A DNA stretch of 64,000 bases from an uncultured Actinomycetota bacterium (GCA_963818135.1 CAWFRF010000032.1:38-64037), one strand, 5' to 3'. Counted from the first letter of the stretch, positions 11,929 through 24,680 are shown. The notes: generated from the sequence alone by a model not told the origin. Numbers and translations: made by a program.

Positions 11929-13200
11929 ATGTTGCCCCAACCGACAGTCGTGATGAAGTTCGGCGGAACCTCGGTGGCCGATGCCGAGCGAATCAAGCGT
12001 GCCGCGCGCCGGATCGTCGCCCAGCGGACGGCCGGCAGGCGCGTCGTCGCGGTGCTGTCGGCGCGCGGGCTCGAGACCGACGAGCTGATCAAGGCGGCCT
12101 TCGAGGTATCGCCCAATCCCGATCCGCGCGAGATGGACATGTTGCTCTCAACAGGCGAGCGCATCTCCTGCGCGCTGTGCGCGATGGCGATCAACGACCT
12201 GGGCCACAGGGCGATCTCACTCACCGGTTCGCAGGCGGGCATCGTTACCGACACCTCGCACACCAAGGCACGCATCCTCGACGTGCGGGCGGACCGCATC
12301 TCCCAGGCGCTCGATGAGGACATGATCGTGCTCGTCGCCGGCTTCCAGGGCGTCTCCACGAGCCGTGACGTGACCACGCTGGGCCGTGGCGGCTCGGACA
12401 CCACCGCTGTGGCGCTGGCGGCAGCCGTCGGTGCCGAGGTCTGCGAGATCTACACGGATGTCAGCGGCGTCTACAGCGCCGATCCCCGGATCGTTCCGGA
12501 CGCGCGCAAGCTCCCGTTCGTGAGCTTCGAGGAGATGCTGGAGATGGCGGCTTCAGGCGCCAAGGTCCTGCAGCTGCGTTCGCTCGAGTACGCGCGTACG
12601 CACGACGTCAAGATCCACTGCCGGTCGAGCTTTGAAGACGGCCCCGGTACCTTTGTAATTGGAGAAGACGAGACGATGGAGCATCCACTGATCACCGCCG
12701 TGACCCACTCGACCGAGGAAGCTCGGATCACGGTCGTCGGCGTTCCCGATCGGCCCGGTGCCGCCGCCGACATCTTCGAGGCGCTCGCCAACGCGAACGT
12801 CAATGTCGACACGATCGTGCAGAACGAACCGCGCACGGACGGCGTTGATGCCGAGGTCTCATTCACCTGCTCCAGCGAGGACCTGCGGATCGCCGAGTCG
12901 ACGCTTGCCTCCGTCATCGCCGAATTCGGCGCCGCGAAGCTGGAGACCGATCCCGAGGTCGGCAAGGTCTCGATCATCGGCGCGGGCATGCGCTCGCATC
13001 CCGGCGTTGCCGCCAAGGTCTTCCGGGTGCTCGCCGACGAGGAGATCAACATCGAGCTGATCAACACCTCGCCGATCAAGATCACCTGTCTGATCCGCGC
13101 CGACTCGGTGACGCAGGCGGTCCGCGCCCTGCACGGCGCGTTTGCTCTCGGAGACGACGACATCCAGGCCGAAGGCGGCCTTGGAGAGGAGTCGCGATGA
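11929..13200 (+). CDS. lysC: Aspartate kinase
   Basis: [21 protein letters not shown], two ACT domains. Confidence 0.95.
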   Translation: MLPQPTVVMKFGGTSVADAERIKRAARRIVAQRTAGRRVVAVLSARGLETDELIKAAFEVSPNPDPREMDMLLSTGERISCALCAMAINDLGHRAISLTGSQAGIVTDTSHTKARILDVRADRISQALDEDMIVLVAGFQGVSTSRDVTTLGRGGSDTTAVALAAAVGAEVCEIYTDVSGVYSADPRIVPDARKLPFVSFEEMLEMAASGAKVLQLRSLEYARTHDVKIHCRSSFEDGPGTFVIGEDETMEHPLITAVTHSTEEARITVVGVPDRPGAAADIFEALANANVNVDTIVQNEPRTDGVDAEVSFTCSSEDLRIAESTLASVIAEFGAAKLETDPEVGKVSIIGAGMRSHPGVAAKVFRVLADEEINIELINTSPIKITCLIRADSVTQAVRALHGAFALGDDDIQAEGGLGEESR

Positions 13201-14266
13201 CTGCCGCACTTCGATGCTGGGGCTACTGGCCCGCTGGCCAGAGCCACGGACTAACCATCGCCGTAGTCGGCGCCACCGGCGCCGTCGGCACCGTGATGCT
13301 GCAGTGCCTGAAGGAGCGCGGGCTCGATCAGGGCAACGAGATAATTCTGTTCGCCACCTCGCGGTCGGCCGGGCGTGTGATCGACGGGCGCACCGTGCGC
13401 GCGCTCGAGCCGGGCGCCGATCTCGGTGGCATCGACATCGCGCTGTTCTCGGCGGGAGGCGGTACCTCGCAAGGAATGGGCGCCGCGCTTCGTCGAGGCG
13501 GGGGCGACGGTGATCGACAACTCCTCCGCGTTCCGGCGCGATCCCGATGTGCCGCTGGTCGTCTCCGAGGTGAATCCACACGCGTTGCGGGATCACCGCG
13601 GGCTGATCGCAAATCCGAACTGCTCGACGATGCAGCTGATGGTGGCGCTCGCGCCGATCCACCGCGAGGCGGGGATCGCACGCCTGATCGTCTCGACCTA
13701 CCAGTCTGTGTCCGGGACCGGTCAGAAGGCGCTCGAGGAGCTCGACGCCGAGGCACGGGCGGCGCTCGCCGGCGAGCAGTTGCCCGAGCCGACGATCTAT
13801 CCCGACCACATTGCGTTCAACGTGATCGGTGCCGCCGGAAACTTCGCCGAGGGTGACGACCACACCGATGAAGAGCGCAAGATGATGTTCGAGACCTGCA
13901 AGATCCTCGAGGATCAGGAGATCGCCGTCGCGGTCACCTGCGTGCGGGTGCCCGGTGCGGGTCGGCCACTCCGAGTCGGTCAACCTCGAGACGCGCGAGC
14001 ATCTCCCGGTGGAGCGGGCGCAGGCGTTGCTCGCGCAGGCTCCCGGGCTGATCGTCGAGGATGTCCCCTCGCCGCTGCGCTCAGAGGGGCGCGACGAGGT
14101 GTTCGTCGGGCGGGTTCGCCGCGACCCGACGCATCCCAACGGCCTGGCGATGTTCGTCGTCGCCGACAACCTGCGCAAGGGCGCCGCCACAAACGCGGTT
14201 CAGATCGCGGAGCTGTTGATCCGCGACAACCTCGTCGCGCCGCACCGCCATCAGGCTGCCGCCTAG
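13197..14266 (+). CDS. asd: Aspartate-semialdehyde dehydrogenase; frameshifted
   Basis: [46 protein letters not shown]. Confidence 0.92.
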
Positions 14267-14271
14267 GGCCA

Positions 14272-15164
14272 CTAGTAGGGCTGGAGCCGCGACCAGCGAG
14301 AGCAGGTTGGTCGTCTGGGCGGGGCTCGGAGCCGCTGGCGCCGGTTGCGGGCCGTAGCTGGTGATGTTCTCGGTGATCGCGACCGAGACGTGGTCGCCTG
14401 AGTAGATCCCCTGGAACGACGTTGAGAGCCGTCGGACCCTGCCGGAACGATCGATCCAAGACGTTGACCGGCGTGGTCGAGTTCGTCGACCGCGGCTCTT
14501 CAGAGCACTGCGCGAGTTGCCGCGACTGCCTGGTGGATCCGGAGTCGGAGCCGCGGTGAGCAGACTTGGTGATATCGATCCGCGTCTGGTAGTGCGTCAT
14601 CCGCACGCCGTTCACAGTCGCGCTGGCCGAGGTCCTCGCAGAGGGCTGGCGCCGACAGCATCAAGGAAATCCAGGTACTGGTTCGGATCGTCGAAAGTCA
14701 GACTCTCGCTGATGAACGTGTACAGGCCCGGTAGACTGGCTGAGCGCGCTCGACCTGGCTCAGCTTCAGCGAGAGCCACGGCTTACCTCCCGGGATCCTG
14801 TCGGGAGTTGCGCCGGGAGCCTGCTCGTAGATCGTGCCGTTGGCGATCACGACACGGCGTTGGCCCGCCCGAGCCCGGCAGGCTCCTGCATGTCCATTGA
14901 CATCGAACCCGACGCGGATCCGGCCGTGAACGACCCGGTCGCGTGCAAGATCACGACCGATCCATCGACGTTCTCCTGCATCGCGAGGTTCATCCTGAAC
15001 CCCGACGCAGCGGTCGCCGCGACGGCGCGGGTGACCGTCCGGGCCGAGTGCGACCTTCTTCGGTGGGGAGCGCCGCCGCAGCCGGCTATCACCGCACCGC
15101 CGGCGAGCACCGCGCCTGCGATCAGGAAGCCGTGGAACGTTCGCCTACCGATTTTGCGACTCAC
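14272..15164 (-). CDS. Putative lipoprotein, LppX/LprAFG-like; frameshifted, end approximate
   Basis: Lipobox VIAGC; later frames read GTIYEQ, GKPWLS, TVNGVRMTHY, VWIDRSGRVRR, YG..P. Confidence 0.55.
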
Positions 15165-15168
15165 GGCC

Positions 15169-16346
15169 CTATTGGGATGCGGGCTGCGCGAGCACCGTCT
15201 GCAGCACCCGGCGGACCTGGTCGATCGTGACCAGACCCGTGAGCGTGTCGTCCTCGTCGGTCGCGATTATCGCGCCGAGGCGTCCGAGCGCCTCGAGCGT
15301 CAGCACATCGGTCAGCGGACGGCTCTCGAGGATCGTCAGGCGGCCGGTCTCCGGCTCCAGGATCGAGCCCACGGTGGCACTGCCCTCGCCGGCATCCACC
15401 AGCTCCTCGGCGCGTTCGCGGCGTGCGATGCCGATGAAGCGGCCGTCCCCATCGACGACCGGCAACCACTCACTCTGGTAGCGCAGGAACGCCTCATCGA
15501 GGGCATCGCTCGACGGTGCTGGTGCCGCGTACCACGACGGGCTCGTGATCCATGATGTCGGCGACGAGTACCCCGTGCACGCGCGAGGCGGCCGCCGTCC
15601 CGTTGAGCGCCATTCGCGCCGACTGCCAGATCATGAATGCCAGCAGGATCAACCAGAGCCCGACGAAGCTCGAGCTCTGCAGCGTGATGTAGAGCCCGAA
15701 GCCGCCGAGCAGGACAGCGAATCCCTCACCGAGACGGGCCGCGCTGCGGGTTCCGCGCAGCTTGTCGTCGGTGACCTTCCAGATCGCCGCGCGCGCCATG
15801 CGCCCACCGTCGAGGGGGTAGGCGGGCACGATGTTGAAGATCAGGATCAGGACGTTCATCGGCAGCAGCCAGGACAGCGCCAGCAGCACAGGCGTGATCT
15901 GCACCGTGCCGTCCAGCTCGATCGCGTGCATCAGGCGGTGCGGCCCGACGAGCATCAGGTCGAGCCGCCAGGCACACGAGGACGAAGAGCAGGGTTCCGA
16001 TCGGTCCGGCCACGGCGATGCGGAACTCCTCGCCGGGGCTCTGCGAGTCGCGACTCATGTAGGTTGTCCCGCCGAACCCGAAGAGCTCGATCCGTTGCAC
16101 CTGGATGCCCTCGCGGCGCGCGGCGATCGCGTGGCCCATCTCATGAATGATCAGCGACACGAAGAAGAAGAGGACGGTGACGACCGTCGTCAGGTAGGCG
16201 ATGTCATCTGAGGAGTGCAACGCATCGCGAAACGAACCTGACAGCAGGAAGATCAGCAGGAACAGCATCGCGAACCAGGTGACGTCGACGCCGATGCGGA
16301 TCCCGGCGATCGTCATCAACTTGAGTGAGCGTGAGCCCCGGAACAT
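15169..16346 (-). CDS. Site-2 protease (M50) with CBS domains; frameshifted
   Basis: HEMGH, IAVAGP, FNIVPAYPLDGGR; CBS pair at the C-terminus. Confidence 0.88.
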
Positions 16347-16391
16347 GCTGCAATGGTGGCACAGGCAGCGTTGAGAAACTGGGAGTGATCG

Positions 16392-17904
16392 ATGGTTAAC
16401 GCAATGTCGGAGCTCGGTACGTGGCTGGCGGACATCTCAGATCTGCGGCGAGCGTGCTCGGTACTCGAGTGGGACCAGAACACGATGATGCCGCCGCTGG
16501 GCGCGCGGCTGCGCGCCGAGCACATCGCGACACTGGAGCGGATCACGCATGAACGCTTCACCTCGGCGCGTACCGGCGAGCTGATCGAAGCCGCGGCGGA
16601 GGAGCTGGACGGCCTACCTCCGGACTCGATCGAGCAGCGCACCGTCTCGGAGGCCCGCCGCCTCTACGAGAAGGACCAGCGCGTGCCACTGGAGCTCGCG
16701 GCCGCCCGCGCCAAGGCGGGCTCCGACGGCTACAGAGTCTGGATCGCGGCGCGCGCTGACAACGACTTCGACGCATACGCGCCGGTCCTGGAGCGCAACG
16801 TCGAGCTGACGCGCGAGTACGTGGCCTGCTTCGACGGTTACGAGGATCCGTACGACGTGGTGCTCGAGGACTTCGTGCCCGGCAATGCGCACCGCGGAGG
16901 TGCGCAGCCTGTTCCACGATCTGCGCGAGCAGCTGATTCCACTGATCGCGGAGCTCTCGGGCCGCGAAATCGACCTCGCGCCGCTGCATGTCGCTTATCC
17001 GGTCAGTGGTCAGCGGGAACTGGTCGATCAGGTGCTGCGCTGGATGGGCTTTGACGACGCGAGCTGGAGGCTCGATGACACCGTCCATCCGTTCGAGGCG
17101 AGCTTCGCCGTCACCGACGTCAGGTTGACCACGCGCTTCCAGGAGGGCTACTTCCCGATGGCGTTGTACGGGGCGATGCATGAGTGCGGCCATGGTCTCT
17201 ACGAGGCCGGGATCGATCCGTCGCTGCAGCGCACGCCGCTCGGGACCATTCGCTCCACGGCCGTGCACGAGTCCCAGAGCCGCCTCTGGGAGAACATCGT
17301 CGGCCGCAGCCGCGCCTTCTGTACGGCGCTCGCTCCGGCGGTCGTGGAGCACTCGCAGGGCACGCTCAGCGGCCTCGAACCGGATGCGCTGTTCCGGGCG
17401 GTGAACGCGGTGCAGGCCTTCCCTGATCCGGATCGAGGCCGACGAGACCACCTACGGCCTGCACGTGATCCTTCGCTTCGAGCTCGAGACGCCAACTGCT
17501 GAACGGACGAGCTCGACGTTGCTGATCTGCCCGAGGCCTGGAACGCCCGGATGCGCGAGTACCTCGGCGTCGAGGTGCCCTCAAACGCCGACGGCGTGAT
17601 GCAGGACGTGCACTGGGCGGCAGGGCTGATCGGCTATTTCCCGGGTTACGCGATCGGGAACCTGATCGCCGGCCAGCTCTGGGAGCGGGTGCAGGTCGAG
17701 CTGCCGGACATCGAGCGGCAGTTCGCCGCGCACGAGCTTGCCCCGCTGCGCGAGTGGCTGCGGGAGCGCGTGCACCAGCACGGCTCCCGCTTCACCGACC
17801 GCGAGCTGCTCGACCGGGTGGTCGGGGAACCACTTGGGGTAATGCCATTCGTGAGACATCTGCGCAACAAGCTCGGCGACGTGTACGGGCTCGACTTGGC
17901 GTAG
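16392..17904 (+). CDS. Carboxypeptidase M32; frameshifted
   Basis: LEWDQNTMMP, HPF, HECGHGLYE, HESQSRLWEN, QDVHW, GYFP. Confidence 0.92.
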
Positions 17905-18954
<1,050 letters not shown>

Positions 18955-18997
18955 CGCGCTGCAGGACCGGAAGTGCCGTAGGCTGAACTGGCGACTG

Positions 18998-19040
18998 TTA
19001 ACTGGTTCGGGCCGCGTCATGCGCGGCCCGAACCAGTTAA
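18998..19040. terminator. Perfect 19-bp hairpin between convergent genes
   Basis: TTAACTGGTTCGGGCCGCG-TCATG-CGCGGCCCGAACCAGTTAA. Confidence 0.7.
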
Positions 19041-19054
19041 GGCCGATATACGGC

Positions 19055-19473
19055 TTACGCGGCTTTCTGCTCGACCGCGTGCCAGCCCTGCCCGTCACGT
19101 GTCACCAGGCCGTCCGAGGTCAGCTTGGGCATCACGCGATACAGGTAGTTCGGCTCGATCTTCATCGCGGTGGCGATCTCCGGGATCGTGATCCCGGGCT
19201 TGCTGCGCACCAGCTCGAGCGCCTGCGCGGAGCGAGTATTGCCACCGCGGCGCCCACGTGGGCGGCCGGGGCGGCGGCGCGTGCGCGTCGCCGGGGCGGC
19301 GGTCGCGGCCGCGGCTCGGGGCGGTGCGCGGCGGCCTACCGGGCCCCCGTCGCGCCGGACGTCGCGTTGCCGGCCAGCGCGGCACGGGCTGCGCGCAGCC
19401 GGCTCTCCTCCTCCTTGAGTTCCTTCAAGCGGTTGTCTATGTCTTGAACAGCCGCGTCAATAAAGCCGGCCAT
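19055..19473 (-). CDS. Small basic DNA-binding protein: coiled coil + AT-hook-like linker + winged helix; frameshifted, missing from the ORF track
   Basis: AAAGGAG RBS; MAGFIDAAVQDIDNRLKELKEEESRLRAARAAL..RRGPGRPPR..RRRPGRPRGRRGGNTRSAQALELVRSKPGITIPEIATAMKIEPNYLYRVMPKLTSDGLVTRDGQGWHAVEQKAA*. Confidence 0.75.
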
Positions 19474-19538
19474 AGAGGCTCCTTTGTGTCAGATAAGGAC
19501 GCCGGCAGCGGCGTCCGACTCATTAACCATATCGGGTG

Positions 19539-19988
19539 TCACTGACTTTCGATCAGTGCCTTCAGCCGTGTCAGTGACTCGTGCGCCTCGCGCTCAGGCA
19601 CGTGTCCGATGATGACCCGGGAGGCGACGTTGCCCAGTGGCCCGCCGGGCGGGTGAAACTCGTTGATGTAGTCGAACTGGGTGGGGCCCTCGGGCTTGCC
19701 CGCCAGCGCGTAGCTGATCAGGGCTCGTGACAGCGCCGGCCCGCGGCCATGCCACTCAGCTCTACGTGGAGCGATCACCGATTCGAGTGTCCAATGCACC
19801 TTGAACGGGACTCCGAGTATCTGCAGGACCTGATCCATGCGTGCGCCCGGCTCGCGGGGGTCCGGTGACTTCACCTTGACCGAACGATGGATCGTCACCC
19901 AGTCGCCGAGTTTGTTGGGGTCCATGATGGTGTCCCAGACAGTCTGCGGTGGCGCGTCGATGTCGATCTGAACGTGAACGGTGCTCAT
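19539..19988 (-). CDS. SRPBCC family protein
   Basis: IDIDAPPQTVWD..SLTRLKALIE. Confidence 0.85.
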   Translation of the reverse strand: MSTVHVQIDIDAPPQTVWDTIMDPNKLGDWVTIHRSVKVKSPDPREPGARMDQVLQILGVPFKVHWTLESVIAPRRAEWHGRGPALSRALISYALAGKPEGPTQFDYINEFHPPGGPLGNVASRVIIGHVPEREAHESLTRLKALIESQ

Positions 19989-20062
19989 CGCGTGACAGGG
20001 TAAGTTCCCGCGCTCACGACACTAGCGTCGCGAGGCTGCTACCGAATTTCCGGCTCACGACA

Positions 20063-20990
20063 CTAGCGCCCGGCCAACGGTTCGGTCAGTTCCCAGTCGC
20101 GCAGCGCACGCTCAATCGCTGCGTCCAGCGTGTGCGGGCCGCACGCCCAGCAGTTCGGTCGCGAGCTCGTGACCGGGCAGCAGATCGGTCTCCAGGCCAG
20201 CCATCAACGGACCGATCAGCGCATGCTCCTCACCGGCGATGACGGCTGAGACCCGGCTTGCGATCGGGGTCAACGTCAGGCGTGGCAGCGCAAGCGCGGG
20301 CCGATCCAGCAGCAGGTGGTCGCGGATGCGCTCGATCAGCTGCTGGTAGGTGACGACGTCCGGGCCCGCGAGGTCGAGGGAGCGGCCGCCCACTTGCGGC
20401 GCGTCGGCGGCCGCGGCAAGGCACTGCAGTACGTCGCGTTCATCGACCGGGGCTGTGCGGTGCCGGCCCCATGCCGGGATGATCATCACCGGCATCCGCT
20501 CCACCAGCCGAACGAGGAATCTGAAGGAGCGTGAGCGCGCGCCGATCACGATCGACGATCGCAACGCGACTGAATCTGGCACGGCCTGAAAAAGCACCCG
20601 CTCGACCTCCAGCCGGCTGGCGAGATGCTCGGACGGGGAGTCCGGCGGCAGCAGGCCGCCGAGGTAGACGATGCGTCTGACCCCGGCTGCGACAGCTGCC
20701 GTCGCGAAGTTCTCCGCGGCGCGGCGCTCACGCACGCCGAAGTGCTCGTCGGAGCGAGGCTCCATCGAGTGGATCAGGTAATAGGCCACTTCGACGCCGT
20801 CGAGAGCCTCCGCGAGCCCGATGCCCGAGAGGGCATCGCCGGTGTGAAGTTGCAGCCCGGCGGGCACCTCTGCGAGCGCTCGAACGTCACGTCGGCGGGT
20901 CAGCGCCCAGACCTCGTGTCCCGCGTCGAGCAGGCGCGGCGCGAGCCGGCTACCAATCGCGCCGGTGATGCCGGTTACGAGGATGCGCAT
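20063..20990 (-). CDS. NAD(P)-binding SDR/epimerase family protein; 3' frameshift
   Basis: ILVTGITGAIGS, YYLIHSM, RIVYLGG; shifted tail ..WELTEPLAGR*. Confidence 0.85.
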
Positions 20991-21203
20991 CGGCTGCTCA
21001 AAGCCCCGGAAAATGCGGGAGATTTCCTGCGACGATCACAAAATCCCCGCTAATAGCAGGAAAACACAGTTGTGACGAAAGTGTTGCGTTTTCCGGAATT
21101 CGGGCTCGCATCGGGGGGGATAACGCGCTTTGATCGGTGTCGTTCGGAGCGCATGGGGGCGCCGCCGGCAGGGTTTCACAACTGAGAGGGTGTCTGGTCC
21201 TAG

Positions 21204-21434
21204 ATGGCTACTGGTCGTGCCCATGGTGGCAAGGTTTCGTGTGATGGCTGCTTCTTCAAGCAGAACATGCTGTGCGCCGTGACGCAGTCCGGCCCGTGTG
21301 CCACCTACCGGCCGAATCGCCCCGAGGGTCTGCGACCACCGAGCCAGCTTCGCTTCAACTTCCGCCAGGAGCGGCAGCTTCAGGTTGCGTGGTCGTTCCC
21401 GTCGGCCAGCGAGCAGGTCGCGCTGCACGCCTGA
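21204..21434 (+). CDS. Small four-cysteine hypothetical protein
   Basis: 76 aa, C-x2-C-x7-C-x7-C; GAGAGG upstream. Confidence 0.65.
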   Translation: MATGRAHGGKVSCDGCFFKQNMLCAVTQSGPCATYRPNRPEGLRPPSQLRFNFRQERQLQVAWSFPSASEQVALHA

Positions 21435-21516
21435 GTGGGTGAGTGCCCGTCTGGCACCGCACGCCTGAGAAGCCTCCTGCGCCAACTGGGTGGCGATGAT
21501 CTAGTGTGCCTGCGCT

Positions 21517-22283
21517 GTGGAGCTACTGGTCCTTGGCAAGTCGCCGGCAATGCCGGACCTGGGCGGCGCGCACAGCGGCTACCTGATCACTCACGCCGGC
21601 TTCACGCTGTTGCTCGATTGTGGCGGCGGCGTCTTTGCGCAGCTGCGGGCCCTCGCCGATCCGGTCGGCGTAGATGCCGTCGTGATCAGCCACATACACG
21701 CCGATCACGTGCTCGACCTGCTCACTTACAGCTTTGCTCTGGCGCATCACCTGGGCGGCGGGCAGTTGCGGCGACCGGCGCTGTGGGCACCGCCCGGCGG
21801 ACGATCCGCGCTCGCACACGTTTGCGTCGGTTCTGGGCATGGAGGAACAGATCGAGGATGGTTTCGTGGTATCCGAATACGACCCCTCCGAGTCCCTCGA
21901 GCTTGGTCCTGTCACGGTCAGTTTCCGAGAGGTCCCGCATTACATCCGCGCTTGGGGCTGCGACGTGCGTGCGGATGATGGCCGGCGGCTCACCTATGGC
22001 GCCGATTGCGGGCCCAACGACGCGATCGTAGACCTGGGCCAGGGCACTGACCTGTTGATGCTCGAGGCGACCGAGGGCGCAGGCCCGCACGTCGGTGGCG
22101 CCCTGCGCGGCCATCTGACGGCGGCTGAGGCGGGCGAGCTCGCACGGCGCGCCGGCGCGGCACGCCTGCTGCTCACCCACTACTCGGACGCGCTCGACGC
22201 CGCGCGAGCTGCGTGCGGCGGCCGAAGCGACATTCGGGCGTAATGTGGAGATGGCCACGCACGGATCGCGATACGCGATCTGA
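21517..22283 (+). CDS. MBL-fold metallo-hydrolase (RNase Z/AtsA-like); frameshifted
   Basis: LLDCGGG, SHIHADH, GADCG, GHLT, LLLTHY. Confidence 0.88.
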
Positions 22284-22376
22284 AATCGGGTCGCGCTACG
22301 CGATCTGAGATCGGGCTGACGCGCGCGGAGTTCTATGCTCCGGCGAGGTTTGTGACGGCGAACTACGGGAGACGAG

Positions 22377-22622
22377 ATGGGAAAGCGCAAGGCGAAGAAG
22401 GCTGAGGCTGAGGAACAGAAGCCACGGAAGAAGAAGCGGCGCGGCAGGAAGCTGCTGTTCCTGATGTTGGTCGGCGGTGCCGCCGCGCTGGTGCTGTCGG
22501 AGGACATACGCAACAAGGTGCTCGATGCACTCTTCGGGTCGGAGGAGGAGTTCCAGTACTCGCCGCCCACTCCGTCTTCGGGTAATGGCGCAGCCAACCC
22601 GACGTCGGCCCAAGCTTCCTAG
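22377..22622 (+). CDS. Small Lys-rich single-TM protein
   Basis: Basic N-terminus, one TM, LDALFGSEEEFQY. Confidence 0.65.
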   Translation: MGKRKAKKAEAEEQKPRKKKRRGRKLLFLMLVGGAAALVLSEDIRNKVLDALFGSEEEFQYSPPTPSSGNGAANPTSAQAS

Positions 22623-22667
22623 GGTCCGATCGTTACGAGGTTCACATCCGACCGAGCGCGCCGCGCG

Positions 22668-23310
22668 GTGATCTCGGTCGGAGCCGGCCTCGTTGTTGTG
22701 CTGGTCGGGGGCCAGCTGCTGGCCCCGGCGATCGCCACGACGGTGCTGCGTCACCGCCTGGCGCAGTACGGCAAGGTGATCAGTGTCCGGGTCTCCGCGT
22801 TTCCCTGGTTCGAGCTGATCTGGCAGCACGCTGACAGCGTCACGGCCCGCATGGCCGACTTCAACGCCCGCCCCGATCAGCTTGAGAACCTGCTGCATGA
22901 GGTCGGGCGGCGCCGGCAAGCTCGACATCTCGATCGGCGCCGTACACACTGGTCTGCTGACACTCCACGACGTCAGCTTCAGCAAGCGCGGTAACGAGCT
23001 GGAGGGAGTTGCCAGGCTCGAGCTCGAGGACCTGCGCGCGGCGCTTCCGGTCGTCCGGTCGCTGACGCCCGTGCAGGACGCGGGCGGCCAGCTCGTGCTG
23101 CGTGGCACCGCGAGCGTGTTCGGCGTGAACGCCACAGTCGACGTCGTCGTCGCCGCCCGTGACGGGAAGCTCGTCGCGGCGCCCTCCGGGCTGCTCGGCG
23201 CGTTCGCCACACTCACGCTGTATGACGACCCACGGGTGTACGTCCAGTCGGTTGACGCGACCACGGTGCCCGGCGGCGTTCGCTTCGTGGTACGGGCCCG
23301 CACGGCATGA
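22668..23310 (+). CDS. LmeA/DUF2993-like protein; frameshifted
   Basis: N-terminal TM, VRVSAFPWFEL, beta-rich C-terminal half. Confidence 0.55.
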
Positions 23311-23390
23311 GCCCTCGCCGCCGGTGGCGGTACACATGTAGATGCTTGATTCGAGGAGACTGTGTCCGGTTTGAGAAGAATTTTTGAAGC

Positions 23391-23420
23391 CGGGAAGATG
23401 AGATCCGGTCTCGGCGTCCT
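23391..23420 (+). promoter_or_regulatory. ECF-type promoter CGGGAAGA-N13-CGGCGTCCT (copy 1)
   Basis: Same boxes and spacing as 24741-24770; GGAA..CGTC layout typical of ECF promoters. Confidence 0.7.
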
Positions 23421-23452
23421 TAACCTTGAACTGCTGCTGCGCCTAATCAGAA

Positions 23453-24145
23453 ATGTCCGCTGAACACGAACACCCGAATCGCGAAGAACAGGCTTGTGAG
23501 CCTGCTGCACGCGGCCGCGCAACGCGAGCGCGCTCCGGAGGCGCTGCGCGCCGAGGTCGCGACCATGCGCGCGCAGGCCGCTGCACGCCGGCGTCGCAGG
23601 CCGACCTTCCAGCCCGCGTTCCGTTTCGTGAGCGCCGGGACCGCGACAGCTCGCGGCGGTCGTGGTTGCGCTGCTCCTGGCCCTCGGCGGGGCGGGCGCG
23701 CCGTCAATTGCGCAGGCCGCGGCGCTCGCCAACCTGCGACCGGCGGCCCCGGCACCGGCAACCGACCCAAGTGCTCCGGGGAAGCTGCTGACGGCCAAGG
23801 TCGGAACCCTGCACTTCCCGAACTGGGAGGCGGCCGGCGGCTGGCACGCGGTCGGTCAGCGCTTCGATCACATCGGCAACCGCACGGCGACGACCGTCTA
23901 CTACACCAACGGCACGAGCCACGTCGTCTACTCGATCGTGTCCTCGCCGACGCTCCCTGGCAAGCAACCCAGGGCGGTGCCGCAGTCGGTCCCGGCCCAG
24001 ACCTACACGACGCTGTCCCGCCAGGGCCGTACGACGATCGTCTGGAAGGAGTCCGGCCACACCTGCCTGCTGACGGGCAGCCGCGACATGTCCGCGAATC
24101 GAGCTCTGGCAGCTCGCGTTCTACGGCTTCCGCAAGCCGTTGTGA
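23453..24145 (+). CDS. Putative membrane anti-sigma factor; frameshifted
   Basis: RAPEALR motif, Arg-rich stretch, TM, extracytoplasmic domain (GWHAVG, TVYY, IVWKESGHTC); next to the ECF sigma gene. Confidence 0.65.
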
Positions 24146-24185
24146 CGGGCCACGCCCCGGCGAGCCCGCAAGCCGCCGTGGCGAT

Positions 24186-24680
24186 CTACATGTCCAGCGC
24201 GTCTGCGAGCCGCTGCCGGGCTCGATAGACCCGCGTCGTCAGGGTCGCCTCGCGTACCCGCAACGCAGTCGCCGCTTCGCGGTAGGAGAGGCCGACGACG
24301 TCAACCGCCACCAGCGCGTCGCGGAACGGCTCTGGTAGCGCCGAGATCGCGGAGTAGAGCTCATTGATTTCGATATGCGCCTCGGGTTGCGGGGCCGATC
24401 GATCTTCGATCAGCGCCATGTCGTCCGGAAGTGGGACGGCGAGCGGGCGCCGCGAGGCCGCACGCCGGCTGCTCACGAAGGTGTTGCGCAGAACCCGCAG
24501 CAGATAGCCGATGTCGTCGTCATTGCGGACGAGACGAGGCTTGAGCAGGACGCGGGCGAACGTCTCCTGGACAAGGTCCTCAGCCTCCTCACGCGATCCG
24601 CAGAGGCTCCAGGCAGCGCGATACAGGCGATCGACGTGGTCGCCCAACGTTGTCGGATCGAGTTGGTGCCCTTCGGTCAT
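24186..24680 (-). CDS. ECF RNA polymerase sigma factor
   Basis: EAEDLVQETF (region 2); LPEPFRDAL..GLSYREAA..RVYRARQRL (region 4). Confidence 0.93.
   Translation of the reverse strand: MTEGHQLDPTTLGDHVDRLYRAAWSLCGSREEAEDLVQETFARVLLKPRLVRNDDDIGYLLRVLRNTFVSSRRAASRRPLAVPLPDDMALIEDRSAPQPEAHIEINELYSAISALPEPFRDALVAVDVVGLSYREAATALRVREATLTTRVYRARQRLADALDM

Noticed and set aside
19496-19516. Third copy of the ECF promoter (CGGCGTCCT on the minus strand)
   Set aside because: No GGGAAGA at the right spacing; it is one arm of a small hairpin
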